Source: an uncultured Poribacteria bacterium (GTDB lineage Bacteria; Poribacteria; WGA-4E; WGA-3G). From it: a DNA stretch of 64,000 nucleotides. Where the stretch lies: positions 3,904,001-3,968,000 of the forward strand of contig CATQHZ020000001.1 in assembly GCA_958296135.2 (NCBI GenBank). Direction: 5' to 3'. Shown here piece after piece: positions 29,623 to 39,998 of this stretch; the first letter of the stretch is position 1; each line of letters opens with the position of its first letter. Both the position numbers and the translations under genes were made by a program. Below the pieces are notes generated by a model, which searched no databases, had not been told where the DNA came from, and was given only the letters and a program-made list of their open reading frames with translations.

Positions 29623-31233
29623 ATGAAAATACGAAACCTCCTCCGACAACCCGCATCGGACACGACGCTCTTCTTCTGCTGCCTCTGCGCCGTCCTCGGC
29701 GGCATTATCCTCCACAACGCAAACAAACAGGCTGACAGCTTTATCACCATCGCCCACGATGAGCCGGAACGGTTCGTCAATGGCAAGAATATCTTAATCA
29801 AGAGGGTGCACGAAGACAGCTGGGACATCGCCTACGGCTTTTCCGACGATTGCCCCGCCAGTGAAAAAACCGAGGAGAACCTCGCTATCATCCGCGAAGC
29901 CTTGGAAAAAGCAATCAGAATGTGGTTAGCTCCTCTACGGGAAATCAGCGATAAACCGATTGTCGATAAGTTCAATTTTTATGATCTCAGTAAAGAGACC
30001 TGGCACATCTTCGCTAGGTTTAGGTGCGATTTTGGCAGATCGCGTGCTGGCCGTGAGGTGAGAAAAATTGTCATGAAAAAAGTAAATTGGGGAAAACCTA
30101 TTTCTCCAGACCTGCCCTATCGCTTGAGCGACCTACTGCATGAACTCGGACACACCTTCGATCTCGCCGATACCTATGTAGAGGAGGGGAGGGGGGAAAG
30201 CTTTGTCAGCACCGGCAACCTCAGCAACACCAGAGGCAAACACCCGAAATCGGTTATGTCCTCGGTACATTGCAGGGAGAAACTCTGTGATGACGACAAG
30301 AAAGCTATGCAGTGGCTGTATCGCTATCACTACGAGGGACTCGATCCCACAAACTGCCCGCCGGACTATGTCTACGATGAACTCCCCGGCGATCGACAAA
30401 TCGGTGGCTGTGTGCCCCGGCAACCGCTGATCTTTGAGGCTCGGCAAGGACATATCAGTCTTGTAATAAGAATGACCAAAGAAAACAAAAACCTACTGAT
30501 CAATGATCAGGATGCGGATGGCAATACGGCCCTGCACCATCTACCTCTCTCGGTGCACGAAAGGGTTTCCGATGGAGCGTGGGAAGAAGTATTACAATCG
30601 GTACTCGCCTACCCAAATATCGACATCAACATCAAAAACAACGCCCAAAATGGACACAACACTGCCCTACACCTCGCGGCTCGCTTCGACAGACATGTCA
30701 TGGTCAAGATGTTACTCGCAGTCACAGGCGTTGAACTCAACGCCCGCAATACCCTCGGCATGACCCCCTTACACTACGCGGCAAAGCGTGGACATGTCGA
30801 AAGTGTCAAACTCCTGCTGGCGCATTCAAACATCAACCCGAATCTCCGCACGGAGGCAGGGCTCACCGCCTTGCAGATTGCGCAGCGGCGCGATGACATC
30901 AACGCGGTCCTCGCCGCCTGGGCGGCGGAGCCAGAGCAGCTACTGGCACATAGATACAATAACCTGGACCTGGCGAACTTCATCCCGTCGCCGTCGGAGT
31001 TACAGCAGGGCCGTGCTGAGATCGCCGCGTTGTTGCGTGCGCATCCGCGGATAATCCTACCGGCGGCATCAGACATCAACGGCGATGGCATTGTGAACAT
31101 CTTAGACCTCGTGAAGATTGCCAATGTGTTTGGGCATCCCTTCGATGGCCCAGAGGATGTCAACGGCGATGGCATTGTAAACATCTTAGATTTAGTGTGG
31201 GTATCCGGCGCGTTTGGGCAGGCGGCGGACTAA
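29623..31233 (+). CDS. Zinc metalloprotease-ankyrin repeat-dockerin protein
   Basis: LHELGHTFDLAD (HExxH); GNTALH, NTALHLAA and GMTPLHYAA ankyrin repeats; DINGDGIVNILDLV twice. Confidence 0.85.
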   Translation: MKIRNLLRQPASDTTLFFCCLCAVLGGIILHNANKQADSFITIAHDEPERFVNGKNILIKRVHEDSWDIAYGFSDDCPASEKTEENLAIIREALEKAIRMWLAPLREISDKPIVDKFNFYDLSKETWHIFARFRCDFGRSRAGREVRKIVMKKVNWGKPISPDLPYRLSDLLHELGHTFDLADTYVEEGRGESFVSTGNLSNTRGKHPKSVMSSVHCREKLCDDDKKAMQWLYRYHYEGLDPTNCPPDYVYDELPGDRQIGGCVPRQPLIFEARQGHISLVIRMTKENKNLLINDQDADGNTALHHLPLSVHERVSDGAWEEVLQSVLAYPNIDINIKNNAQNGHNTALHLAARFDRHVMVKMLLAVTGVELNARNTLGMTPLHYAAKRGHVESVKLLLAHSNINPNLRTEAGLTALQIAQRRDDINAVLAAWAAEPEQLLAHRYNNLDLANFIPSPSELQQGRAEIAALLRAHPRIILPAASDINGDGIVNILDLVKIANVFGHPFDGPEDVNGDGIVNILDLVWVSGAFGQAAD

Positions 31234-31239
31234 AAAAAC

Positions 31240-31785
31240 CTGTCCCTCGATGCTCCGTTGTAGGAGAGACCTCCGGTCTCGATGCCTTCTCCCTTTTCAC
31301 CGTGCGCGAGGGAAAACCCGGCGAGCGCGTTCCCAAACGGCCCCTCTTTACCGTAGCGCGAGGTCCTGTGCCTCGCGATCTCTCTCGCACCGAGAACGCC
31401 CGCAGCCCCATAGCGCCAGGGAAAACATGGGCCCCGCAATCGGTGCATGGCGCGGCACAGGACCGCGCCCTACGGACGAAGAAGCATTTTTACCGTAGCG
31501 CGAGGGCCTGTCCCTCGCGATCGCTCTCGCACCGAGAACGTCCGCAGCCCCGTAGCGCGAGGGAAAACCCGGCGATCGCGAATCGCCGAGGGTGCCCCTC
31601 GCGATCGGTGCATGGCGCAGCACAGGACCGCGCCCTACGGTAAGGGAAGGGTCGCGTGGCAATCGAGAGACAGCGAGGGACAGTGGACATCTCTGCAGCG
31701 GGACTGCAGAGATGACAAAGTTTCGGCGTGACGGCCCTCGCGCTACGGACTAAGGAGCCTTTCCCTGTCCCCCGCCATGCACCCC
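31240..31785. repeat. REP mosaic closely related to 28320-29445
   Basis: 31306-31475 closely matches 28903-29072; nested element in reverse orientation at 31683-31732. Confidence 0.9.
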
Positions 31786-32978
31786 TACCGCACCTGCTCC
31801 AAAACGACAATGTCCCCAGGATTCCACGATTGCGCGATGATATAGAACTTGCCACCAATCTTCCGAATTACCGCACCGTGCAAATGCTGGAACGTCTTTA
31901 CGCCGAGCTCTTCCTTCAGCATGACGGTTGAGACAAGATTGTTACCTTCCAAAATGTAGAGCGGCGCACCTTTATTTTTATCAGGACCATGGAGACACGC
32001 AACGACAGCATACCCCGCCTCATAGTCGATGCTACACGGAAAAGCACCTTTGATCAGCGGCAGCGTTTCAAGATACGTGCCATCAGGAGAATAGCGTTCA
32101 ACTTCCGCATTCGCCCGGTCGGAAATATCCAACCGGTTTGTGCCATACGGCACCGTGATGTGGTGCCCCGTCCCGAATTGCCCCGGCTCATCACCCTTGC
32201 CGCCGAATGCCAACGGATACCACGCTACTAACGGCGTAAAATTGGTAGACGCCGCAATACTCCCGAGGGGAGGACTTCTTCTACCAAGGTTCGGCGCAAA
32301 ATTGGTAATCTTCGCACCCAAAATATAGTCCAATTTCGAGTAGCCGGTCGTGACGTAAAGCATACCATCGACATGCGTTACGCCTGTCGGCACAAACTTG
32401 CCGCCCTCACTGAAATAGGTGTTAACCGCCTGCACTTGGAAATCAGTCATCGCGTCGGGGGCCTCTAGTGTGTGGACGAGCTTGCCATCTAGCGTCGTTG
32501 TGAACACTTTTCCGACATCGTTCGCGGGAAACGAGAGGTAAGGCGTGCCATTGGTGGCTGTCCAGACAGTGGCATAGTGCGCATTCGCCGCTTTCAAAGC
32601 AGGCGGGGTTTCAATAAGCCGCGTCGTCTTCAAATCTGCACTGATTTGGATGATACCGACACCAGGGAGCGCGAAGTAGGTTTCACCCTTGCCGGGCCGC
32701 CGGTCTACGTCAAATCCGCCGTGTGCTTTGTCAATCGCGGCGACGACTTCGGGAGGAAAGTGCTCGCGGGTGTAAAGCACTCTGAATTTCAGCGCGCCTT
32801 GTCCGCTCGTCTGCTGCACCGCTGTCTCGTGGTGCGCAACGAATTGGAAATGCTCAGCGGATGAACGGACATGGAAATCTGTCCCCACATTCGGGGCGTG
32901 TTCGTTCACGTGCGCGGCAGCATTGCCTATTGCGAAGGTAACGCTGAAAATTAGCGTGAAAAGCATTAAATATCTCAT
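31785..32978 (-). CDS. Secreted beta-propeller (NHL/peptidylglycine lyase-like) protein
   Basis: Signal peptide from MRYLML; AHGGFDVD, GGKGDEPGQFGTGH and SDRAN motifs. Confidence 0.7.
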   Translation of the reverse strand: MRYLMLFTLIFSVTFAIGNAAAHVNEHAPNVGTDFHVRSSAEHFQFVAHHETAVQQTSGQGALKFRVLYTREHFPPEVVAAIDKAHGGFDVDRRPGKGETYFALPGVGIIQISADLKTTRLIETPPALKAANAHYATVWTATNGTPYLSFPANDVGKVFTTTLDGKLVHTLEAPDAMTDFQVQAVNTYFSEGGKFVPTGVTHVDGMLYVTTGYSKLDYILGAKITNFAPNLGRRSPPLGSIAASTNFTPLVAWYPLAFGGKGDEPGQFGTGHHITVPYGTNRLDISDRANAEVERYSPDGTYLETLPLIKGAFPCSIDYEAGYAVVACLHGPDKNKGAPLYILEGNNLVSTVMLKEELGVKTFQHLHGAVIRKIGGKFYIIAQSWNPGDIVVLEQVR

Positions 32979-33040
32979 CGTAAAAATCTCCTTCGTGAGA
33001 GTGTGAGGGACAGGGCCTCGCACTACGGGCCAAAGGCACT

Positions 33041-33838
33041 TTATGGTTGGATCATCGCCCGGAATTTCTTGGTAAATTCGCAGCTGCGTTTGACGCTCGC
33101 CACGTCTTCCATTTTATATTGAACGACGAGGGGGCCGGCGAAGCCGATTTCTTTCAAGCCGCGCGCGAACGTCTCAAAATCGAAAACACCACCGCCCGGC
33201 TCACCGCGGTTGCTGCCGGAGACATGCACATCGCCCAAGCAAGCCTTCATCGCGTGTGCGGCAGCATGCGGCTCCGCCCCATCGTTGAAAAGGTGATACG
33301 TATCGCACGTCAGATAGACAGGTAATCCCGTGTCCTCAATGAAGGCGACACCTTCGCGGTAGTTGTCAAGCGGGCAGCCCTTCTCGAACTCCAGCGCGAT
33401 TTTCATGCCGTTTTCCTGACAGGGAGAGAGCATGTGCGATAGGTTATCGGCGAGCGTCTCCAGCGATGCTGCCCGCGACGCATCCGCGCAGGGATTCACC
33501 CAGACTCCGATGACATCAGCCTCAAAACGGCGCGCGACCTCCAGCACAATCTCAAAGTGCTTAAGTGCCGCCTCCTTTTTTGCAGGTGTCGTCAAAATAT
33601 GGTTGCCAAAGCCTATCGTCGGGGCGATGAGGTTATGTTTTTCTGCAAGATTGACTGCATCCGCTATGCCAGCGGTGTAGGCGGGTGCACCGGCTCCCGA
33701 TGAAGGTTCACCGAGAAACGCGGCATTCACGGGGATGTTGATGCCATCGTATCCCGCCGCCGCCACAAGACTGAAGATGTCGGCACGCGTCAATCTGCCT
33801 AAGGTGCCTGCGTAAGGGTCATAGCAAACAGGTAGCAT
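33041..33838 (-). CDS. Sugar phosphate isomerase/epimerase (xylose-isomerase-like TIM barrel)
   Basis: IALEFE, CDTYH, DVHVSGSNRGEPGGG; RBS aaggag upstream of ATG 33838. Confidence 0.85.
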   Translation of the reverse strand: MLPVCYDPYAGTLGRLTRADIFSLVAAAGYDGINIPVNAAFLGEPSSGAGAPAYTAGIADAVNLAEKHNLIAPTIGFGNHILTTPAKKEAALKHFEIVLEVARRFEADVIGVWVNPCADASRAASLETLADNLSHMLSPCQENGMKIALEFEKGCPLDNYREGVAFIEDTGLPVYLTCDTYHLFNDGAEPHAAAHAMKACLGDVHVSGSNRGEPGGGVFDFETFARGLKEIGFAGPLVVQYKMEDVASVKRSCEFTKKFRAMIQP

Positions 33839-33866
33839 TTTTTCTCCTTGAAAGATTTTTGAGGCT

Positions 33867-33895
33867 ATGCTAGCATGAATGCAGTTCTGTGTCAA
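33867..33895 (-). promoter_or_regulatory. Sigma-70-like promoter
   Basis: Minus strand TTGACA-17nt-TAGCAT. Confidence 0.55.
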
Positions 33896-34079
33896 GACAC
33901 AACTTTTTTGAAGAAAACCCCTCTTGAAGTTGACTAACTTCACATCACATCTCAGGACTTGCGCAGAACGCCTCAACCGAACATGACAGATTTGCGGAAG
34001 CCCTAATCTATTATTTTTCAGCGATGCACGGCGAAGGATAGGCCCGCGCCCCACGGTATGAAAAAAAAGGAGCATCTCC

Positions 34080-34556
34080 ATGAAACGCACACACAGCATT
34101 CTTCCCATAATCGCCATCCTGTTGGCGGCTATCCTGATGAGCAGCTGCTCACGGACAAGTGACTTGCCCATTAGTGATAGCGGCGAAGAAGACAACACCG
34201 AATTCGCGCTGGACGAACAATACGATAAAGTCCGAGCCGGCGCACGCCTGATTTTAACCTACGACGCGCAGACGAATTCCTTCAAAGGCACCGTCGAAAA
34301 CACGACGAACGAAACTTTGAAGCAGGTACGCGTGGAAGTCCACTTGTCAAATGGCATTGAGCTCGGCCCGACAACGCCGGGAGATCTTGCCCCCGGTGAG
34401 ACAAGAGACATCGTGCTCATCGCAACCAGCACCGACTTCAACGGATGGACAGCGCATCCCGAAGTCGGCGGCGGCGGTGGCGGCGAATCCGGTGAGAGCG
34501 GACATAGCGGCGAATCTGGTGAACATGCCGGAGAACAAGGAAATGAACACAATTAG
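34080..34556 (+). CDS. Lipoprotein with FxLYD-like Ig domain and Gly/Glu/His-rich tail
   Basis: LMSSC lipobox; GTVENTTNETLKQVRVEV...DLAPGETR. Confidence 0.75.
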   Translation: MKRTHSILPIIAILLAAILMSSCSRTSDLPISDSGEEDNTEFALDEQYDKVRAGARLILTYDAQTNSFKGTVENTTNETLKQVRVEVHLSNGIELGPTTPGDLAPGETRDIVLIATSTDFNGWTAHPEVGGGGGGESGESGHSGESGEHAGEQGNEHN

Positions 34557-34623
34557 AAGGATGCGGAAAGGGATAGGGAAACCCGGTTATGGGCTTCCCT
34601 GCTCCCGCGGCCTTAGTGCCGCT

Positions 34624-35235
34624 ATGAAATACCTATTCGCACTCATACTGCTATTCGGGAGCGCAGGGCTCGCATACGCAGCAGCTGCCCCCGACAACAT
34701 CCTCAAAAACGGCGACTTCGACCTGAACCTGGAGCAGTGGCACCCTTGGACGCACGAGAGTGCCGCCGCACTCTTCCAAACAGAAGGCAAAAAGGCGGAA
34801 CCCATCGCGGGGAAGAAAGCCGCCGCTATTGAAATCAAAAAGCCGGGCAACGCTCCCTGGCACATTCAGTTCTATCAGCAGCCTTTCACGCTGGAGAAAG
34901 GCAAGACGTATACCTTCAACCTGTGGGCGAAGAGCGAAACACCGCGTCCTGTTCGGATGCGCATCCTCCATCAGGGAGACCCGTGGAACGAATACGCTGT
35001 CAAGGACATCAATCTGTCTGAAGCGTGGAAGGAGTTCTTCGTCACGTTTACCATGCCCGCGGACGATGTGAATTCACGCGCCGGCATTATCATGGGCGGC
35101 CAGAAAGGCGACGTTTGGTTGGATCATCTCCGTCTTTATGAAGGCGAATTTGTCAGCGACATCGAAGACGCAGCACCGCAGGCAGTCGAACCTTCGGCTA
35201 AATTGGCGACGACGTGGGCATCCATGAAACTGTAG
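34624..35235 (+). CDS. Secreted carbohydrate-binding (CBM4/9-like) protein with a KLATTW tail
   Basis: NILKNGDF, WHIQFYQ, LEKGKTYTFNLWAK; ends VEPSAKLATTWASMKL. Confidence 0.8.
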   Translation: MKYLFALILLFGSAGLAYAAAAPDNILKNGDFDLNLEQWHPWTHESAAALFQTEGKKAEPIAGKKAAAIEIKKPGNAPWHIQFYQQPFTLEKGKTYTFNLWAKSETPRPVRMRILHQGDPWNEYAVKDINLSEAWKEFFVTFTMPADDVNSRAGIIMGGQKGDVWLDHLRLYEGEFVSDIEDAAPQAVEPSAKLATTWASMKL

Positions 35236-35424
35236 ATGAAGGCTCGCGGGGGACAGGCCCCCGCGCTACGAGGGCGAAGAGGCGAGTGCGGGAGCGCGAT
35301 GCGGTTTTTTCTTGCAAATTCGGGCGCAAAATTGTATCATATCCGTGAAACCGCGCACCTCGGCAGTATCAAAAGTTGTAGGAGCGAATTCCCAATCAAG
35401 ATGTTTCATTCAGGAGGCAAACCG

Positions 35425-36204
35425 ATGAAATTCGATAAATGTTTGACGCTCGTTTGCACCGCCATCGTTCTCTGCGCAGCAGTCACGGCGGGAGTACACG
35501 CGCAAGCTATTGAGGACGGATTGGCAGGACACTGGACTTTTGACGACGGTGACATCAACGGCGACACCGCCGTAGACGCTCTCGGCGAACACGACGGCGA
35601 GATTAAGGGCAAACCGCAAGTCGTAGAGGGCATTGTCGGCGACGCACTCAGTTTTAACGGCAAGGAAGATTATGTCGTCATGGGCGCAGTTACCGAAGGA
35701 CAGAACGTCACCTACGCAATGTGGGTGAAAGTAGCCGCCCTTCCCGCGGGCCCAAAGGTTATCATCTGGGACGATGACCCGCAGGGCGGCGGCGACTCGT
35801 GGCTGGAACTCCTGGCGGATGGCACAGTGCAAACCCAAAGAAACGGCGACGGGTTCGGTGTCTTCAAAACCACAACGCCTATCCCAGAGGACGAATGGAC
35901 GCACATCACCTTCGTCGCCGATGGCGATAACGAAAAAAAGATCCTTTACCTCAACGGCGCAGCGGATGCCGAGGCTGATGGAACAATCAACAGCCGCGAC
36001 ACGCGCAGTCACGTCGTTGTTGCCGTCGGGCATGACAGGAACGCTTTTATCAAACCGCTCTATTTTGAAGGCGAGCTCGACGATGTCGCCGTTTACAACC
36101 GCGCATTAGAGGAAGACGAGGTTATGGACAATTTTGCGATAGCCTTCGCGGTGGAGGCGAACGGAAAACTCGCGCTCACGTGGGGTGCCATAAAAACGCG
36201 CTAG
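35425..36204 (+). CDS. Secreted LamG/concanavalin-like domain protein with a KLALTWG tail
   Basis: GHWTFDDG, GDALSFNG, EWTHI, FEGELDDVAVYNRAL; RBS ggagg. Confidence 0.88.
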   Translation: MKFDKCLTLVCTAIVLCAAVTAGVHAQAIEDGLAGHWTFDDGDINGDTAVDALGEHDGEIKGKPQVVEGIVGDALSFNGKEDYVVMGAVTEGQNVTYAMWVKVAALPAGPKVIIWDDDPQGGGDSWLELLADGTVQTQRNGDGFGVFKTTTPIPEDEWTHITFVADGDNEKKILYLNGAADAEADGTINSRDTRSHVVVAVGHDRNAFIKPLYFEGELDDVAVYNRALEEDEVMDNFAIAFAVEANGKLALTWGAIKTR

Positions 36205-36310
36205 TTTTTCCGGCAGGCGCGCGTTGCAAGCGCGCATGACGCAACGAACGCGGGGACAAACCACGCCTACCGATAAGGAAGGAAGGCGTGCTCAGAAACA
36301 TACCAAAAAT

Positions 36311-38917
36311 ATGAAATTGCTGCCTATTTTTATCCTCTCGCTTTTTATCGCATCGGCATCCGTTGCAAACGCGCTGCCTGCAGACGCAGAACTCCAAAAC
36401 GCTATCCAAACCGCCCGGCTGTTTACGAAACTCAAACCGCGCTACACTGCTAATGAGATAAACGAATGCGCAACCGATAGTTTCGTCACGCTCGCCAAGA
36501 ATTGGCAGAACGTGCCCTCGGTACATCGGCAGGAACTCAAGGGAATATTTCTGCGGCCCGGACTGCCCGGCAGTCTGTTCGGGGATATGGTGCTACCCCA
36601 GCAGTTCAACACGCCGCACTTCAGACTCCACTACACGCGCGTCGGACCGCAGGCACCCCCCCTAGAAGATTTCCACCCGCGCAACGGGGTCCCAGATTAT
36701 GTCGACATTTGCGCCGATGCCATGGAACGGGCCTATCACATACAACTCGATCTGATGCAGTTTAAAAAGCCTTATCTCGATTTTTGGGCGATGCAGAACG
36801 GCGGCAATCACAAATACGATGTCTATCTCTTCACTTTCCCCGCCCTCGGCATTACGACAGCAGACTGGTTTGAGGGACGTGTGCTCTCCACAGCACTGAC
36901 GGTGGCACCTTATTTTATGCTCAACTCGCGCATCTACGACTACGTCGGGAAGGCCGAGGGGAAACGTTATATTGAGACGACTTGCGCGCACGAATTCCTG
37001 CACGGCATCCAATTCGGCTATAACGCTTACATGCCAACGTGGTTCATGGAGGCATCCGCAACATGGATTGAGATTATGACTTACGATGGCGGACGCATCA
37101 ACGATGGCGACAATATCCCAGACCCGGACGAACCCAACGAAACCGATGCCTATAACTACTATATCCATCAACTGCGCCGCTGGTTCTTGCACCCGGATAT
37201 TGCACTAGAAAGCCGCATCGGGGACCACGAATACGGCTCGGTTATCTGGACATTGTACATGGCGGAACGGTTCGGCTACGACATCATCAGGGAGTTCTTC
37301 GGAAACACTACCGATGGCAGCTATCGCGAAATGGGCAATTTCTACGATGTCTTCACCGACCGGGGCACCAACCTCGCGGAAGCGTTTAAGACGTTCACGG
37401 TGTGGAATTATTTTACTTACGACAGGGCAGGGCTGCGAACGGGCGCGCAAGGTTACACGAACGCGCATCGCTTCCCACCGGTTGCGATACATCCTCACGA
37501 TGTCCACGCCGCCTATCCGGTCCGCACTGATTTTGACTCGGAATCGATGCCCGAGCATTTCTCGGCGCGTTACATCGTGTTTCGGCCCGCGGGGATTCTG
37601 CCAGAATTCGCCGTGAAAATTGATGGCGCAGACCTGGCACCAATAGACACACGCAACCTGACGCGCGACGACGCAGAGGATATTCAAAATGAACTCAACC
37701 GACACACGTTCACCGGGTTGCGCGGATGGGCAGCGAAATTCATCGTCAGAAAACGGAACGGCACGACAGAAGTGCGGGAAGCCTTCACCTATCAGCGTTC
37801 GCAAGAAGCGCAAATGACGTTCAAGGATTTCGGCGGCGAGATTCAGGAAATCACGCTCATCCTCATCAACATGCATCCCGATGTCGAACAGGTCATCGTG
37901 CCGGGCGGTACTTTTGGCGGCTCGGTGAGTTATATGGCGGGGCCCCCACCGGTAGGCAGGCTTGCAAACGTGCAAGTCCGGCAAGGAACCAGCGGGCCCA
38001 TCGTGGCGTGGGATGTTACGAATCCCGCGGGCATCCAAGAAGTGGCAATTGTGCGCAAACGCTACACGCTGGCGAGCGAGACAGATGTGCCGCAACCTCT
38101 TCAAAACGCCGCGGAAGTGCTTGCCGCCGCCGACCGGGACGGAAATGGCATTGCGGAGGACGATATAACGCTCGTCGGGCGCGTGCCTGTGACGCAAACC
38201 CGATTTGAGGATACCACCGTTTTTCAAGATGTTGATGTCACTAGTGAACTCTTCGATGCGAATACTGTCCACTATTTCTACGCCGTCGTGCCGGTTGACG
38301 CGATGGGTATCCTGGGCACGCCGAGTCTCGCGCCGAATAGCATCACACCGGCATTTGATTCTGGGAGCGCGGCACCCGCTTTCTTTATTCAGACGCAGCG
38401 GCGCGGCATTGGCGTGTGGCGAGTTGAGGTGCGCAGCACGCACGAACTGCAAAGCGCCCCAACCTTAGGGGTGGAAAGTCCCGACAGGCAAAGTCATTCC
38501 ATCTTTTTAACGCGAGAAACGCCGATGAAATGGGTGGGAACGCTGACAACAGACGGGTTTCCGCCGCCCGGCACTTATCTCTATCGGATTCGTGGTGAAA
38601 CGCCCGCCGGCGTATCAGGCTCCCGCATTTGGCAAGGACGAACCTTCAACTATATCGCGACGAACACGCATCGAAACGTCACCGTCGCGCCGAACCCCCT
38701 CTATGCCGGGCAAAGCGGACACCTTCAGTTCTATCCGCGAGGCTTAAGCGTGCAAATTTACGACGCGCAAGGCACCTTAATTAAAGTGCTTGACTCCGCC
38801 TCCGAGTGGGATTGCACCAATCAACGCGGCGAAATGGTATGTGCCGGGCTCTATTTCTTCCGCGCAACCGATGGGAACGGCTTTGTCAAAACAGGCAAAT
38901 TCTGTATTGTGAAATGA
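36311..38917 (+). CDS. Secreted putative zinc metalloprotease (MXAN_6640-like) with T9SS-like CTD
   Basis: HFRLHYT, NGVPDYVD, AHEFLHGIQFGY, WFMEASATW; C-terminal VAPNP...IYDAQG...WD...GLYF. Confidence 0.8.
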   Translation: MKLLPIFILSLFIASASVANALPADAELQNAIQTARLFTKLKPRYTANEINECATDSFVTLAKNWQNVPSVHRQELKGIFLRPGLPGSLFGDMVLPQQFNTPHFRLHYTRVGPQAPPLEDFHPRNGVPDYVDICADAMERAYHIQLDLMQFKKPYLDFWAMQNGGNHKYDVYLFTFPALGITTADWFEGRVLSTALTVAPYFMLNSRIYDYVGKAEGKRYIETTCAHEFLHGIQFGYNAYMPTWFMEASATWIEIMTYDGGRINDGDNIPDPDEPNETDAYNYYIHQLRRWFLHPDIALESRIGDHEYGSVIWTLYMAERFGYDIIREFFGNTTDGSYREMGNFYDVFTDRGTNLAEAFKTFTVWNYFTYDRAGLRTGAQGYTNAHRFPPVAIHPHDVHAAYPVRTDFDSESMPEHFSARYIVFRPAGILPEFAVKIDGADLAPIDTRNLTRDDAEDIQNELNRHTFTGLRGWAAKFIVRKRNGTTEVREAFTYQRSQEAQMTFKDFGGEIQEITLILINMHPDVEQVIVPGGTFGGSVSYMAGPPPVGRLANVQVRQGTSGPIVAWDVTNPAGIQEVAIVRKRYTLASETDVPQPLQNAAEVLAAADRDGNGIAEDDITLVGRVPVTQTRFEDTTVFQDVDVTSELFDANTVHYFYAVVPVDAMGILGTPSLAPNSITPAFDSGSAAPAFFIQTQRRGIGVWRVEVRSTHELQSAPTLGVESPDRQSHSIFLTRETPMKWVGTLTTDGFPPPGTYLYRIRGETPAGVSGSRIWQGRTFNYIATNTHRNVTVAPNPLYAGQSGHLQFYPRGLSVQIYDAQGTLIKVLDSASEWDCTNQRGEMVCAGLYFFRATDGNGFVKTGKFCIVK

Positions 38918-39834
38918 AAAAAGCACTCTATTCCTTCCTAGAATTAGGCATCACGAGTCCGGCAGCCGCGGGCTCCAACCGCGCACGCCATAACGCGCGC
39001 CTACGGGGTTTGTCCTGTGTGAACTCGCTCCTCTTTATCTTACTGATTTTGACAGGGTGCGGAGACGACGGCCTTGTCAATCCGCACGGCGAAACAACGC
39101 TGCCCCCACCCGATACAACAGGCCTCCACGCCATCGATTTTCCGACAGATACCGGCTCCGCATGGACATACGTCAACGTTAACACGAATCAGGAATTTAC
39201 AGTACGCATCGAAGGCACGCGGGACATCAGCGGCACAACGCATCGGCAGATGACTGTGGGACGAATTAGTCCGGTTGCGCAGGACGCGCTCGACAGGGAG
39301 GCACTCGACCATTTATCCGCGAATGCTTTCTATTTTCGTGTACCAACGGAATCCGAGTTTTTTCAGGAGTTCCCGTTCCCCATCTCTGCTACCTACTTTT
39401 ACAAAACGCCGCAAGCGTTGATAGAATCGGCGTTTGACGCTTACATCTTCCCGTGGAGTAATCCGACGTTTCATCAGAAGCACGCGCCGCCGCGCCGCGT
39501 ATGGGATTTCCCGCTGAAAATCGGAAAAGAGTGGACAGTCTTTGAAAAAACAGTCGGAGACCCGGTCACGGTGACGCGCTATGTCGTGGATAGAGATGTC
39601 CGAATAACCGTGCCCGCCGGCAGTTATCGCACCTATGTCGTTCAGGAAGAAGCAGTTTTCGGAGACAGCGACAATCCGACAACGCGGTTCATCAGCCCGC
39701 CGGCAGCGTATTGGATCGCACCCGAGGTGGGTATTGTCCAATATAGATATAGCCAGTATCGCGCTACTGATGCACTGGCGACGCAAACGTTCGCGCTGAA
39801 AAGTGTGCATCTGCCGGGACCGAACACGGACTGA
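38914..39834 (+). CDS. Hypothetical lipoprotein
   Basis: ATGA overlap with the protease gene; LTGC lipobox; ITVPAGSY and WIAPEVGIV motifs. Confidence 0.75.
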   Translation: MKKALYSFLELGITSPAAAGSNRARHNARLRGLSCVNSLLFILLILTGCGDDGLVNPHGETTLPPPDTTGLHAIDFPTDTGSAWTYVNVNTNQEFTVRIEGTRDISGTTHRQMTVGRISPVAQDALDREALDHLSANAFYFRVPTESEFFQEFPFPISATYFYKTPQALIESAFDAYIFPWSNPTFHQKHAPPRRVWDFPLKIGKEWTVFEKTVGDPVTVTRYVVDRDVRITVPAGSYRTYVVQEEAVFGDSDNPTTRFISPPAAYWIAPEVGIVQYRYSQYRATDALATQTFALKSVHLPGPNTD

Positions 39835-39998
39835 TACGCAATTCACCGTTGGCAACTATCAGGAGCTCTGGCTCTACAGATGAGCCCCAACAGCACCGTC
39901 TCTGAACCGTAGCGCGAGGGAAAACCCGGCGAGCGCGAATCGCCGAGGGTTCCCCTCGCAGCGGAGTCTCTATATCCGAACCCCATCTCCAAAAAAAG

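Noticed and set aside
37205-38452. Long antisense ORFs (also 46952..48082, 59635..60582, 23103..24161)
   Set aside because: They are shadows of well-supported genes on the opposite strand or frame, as expected in GC-rich DNA.
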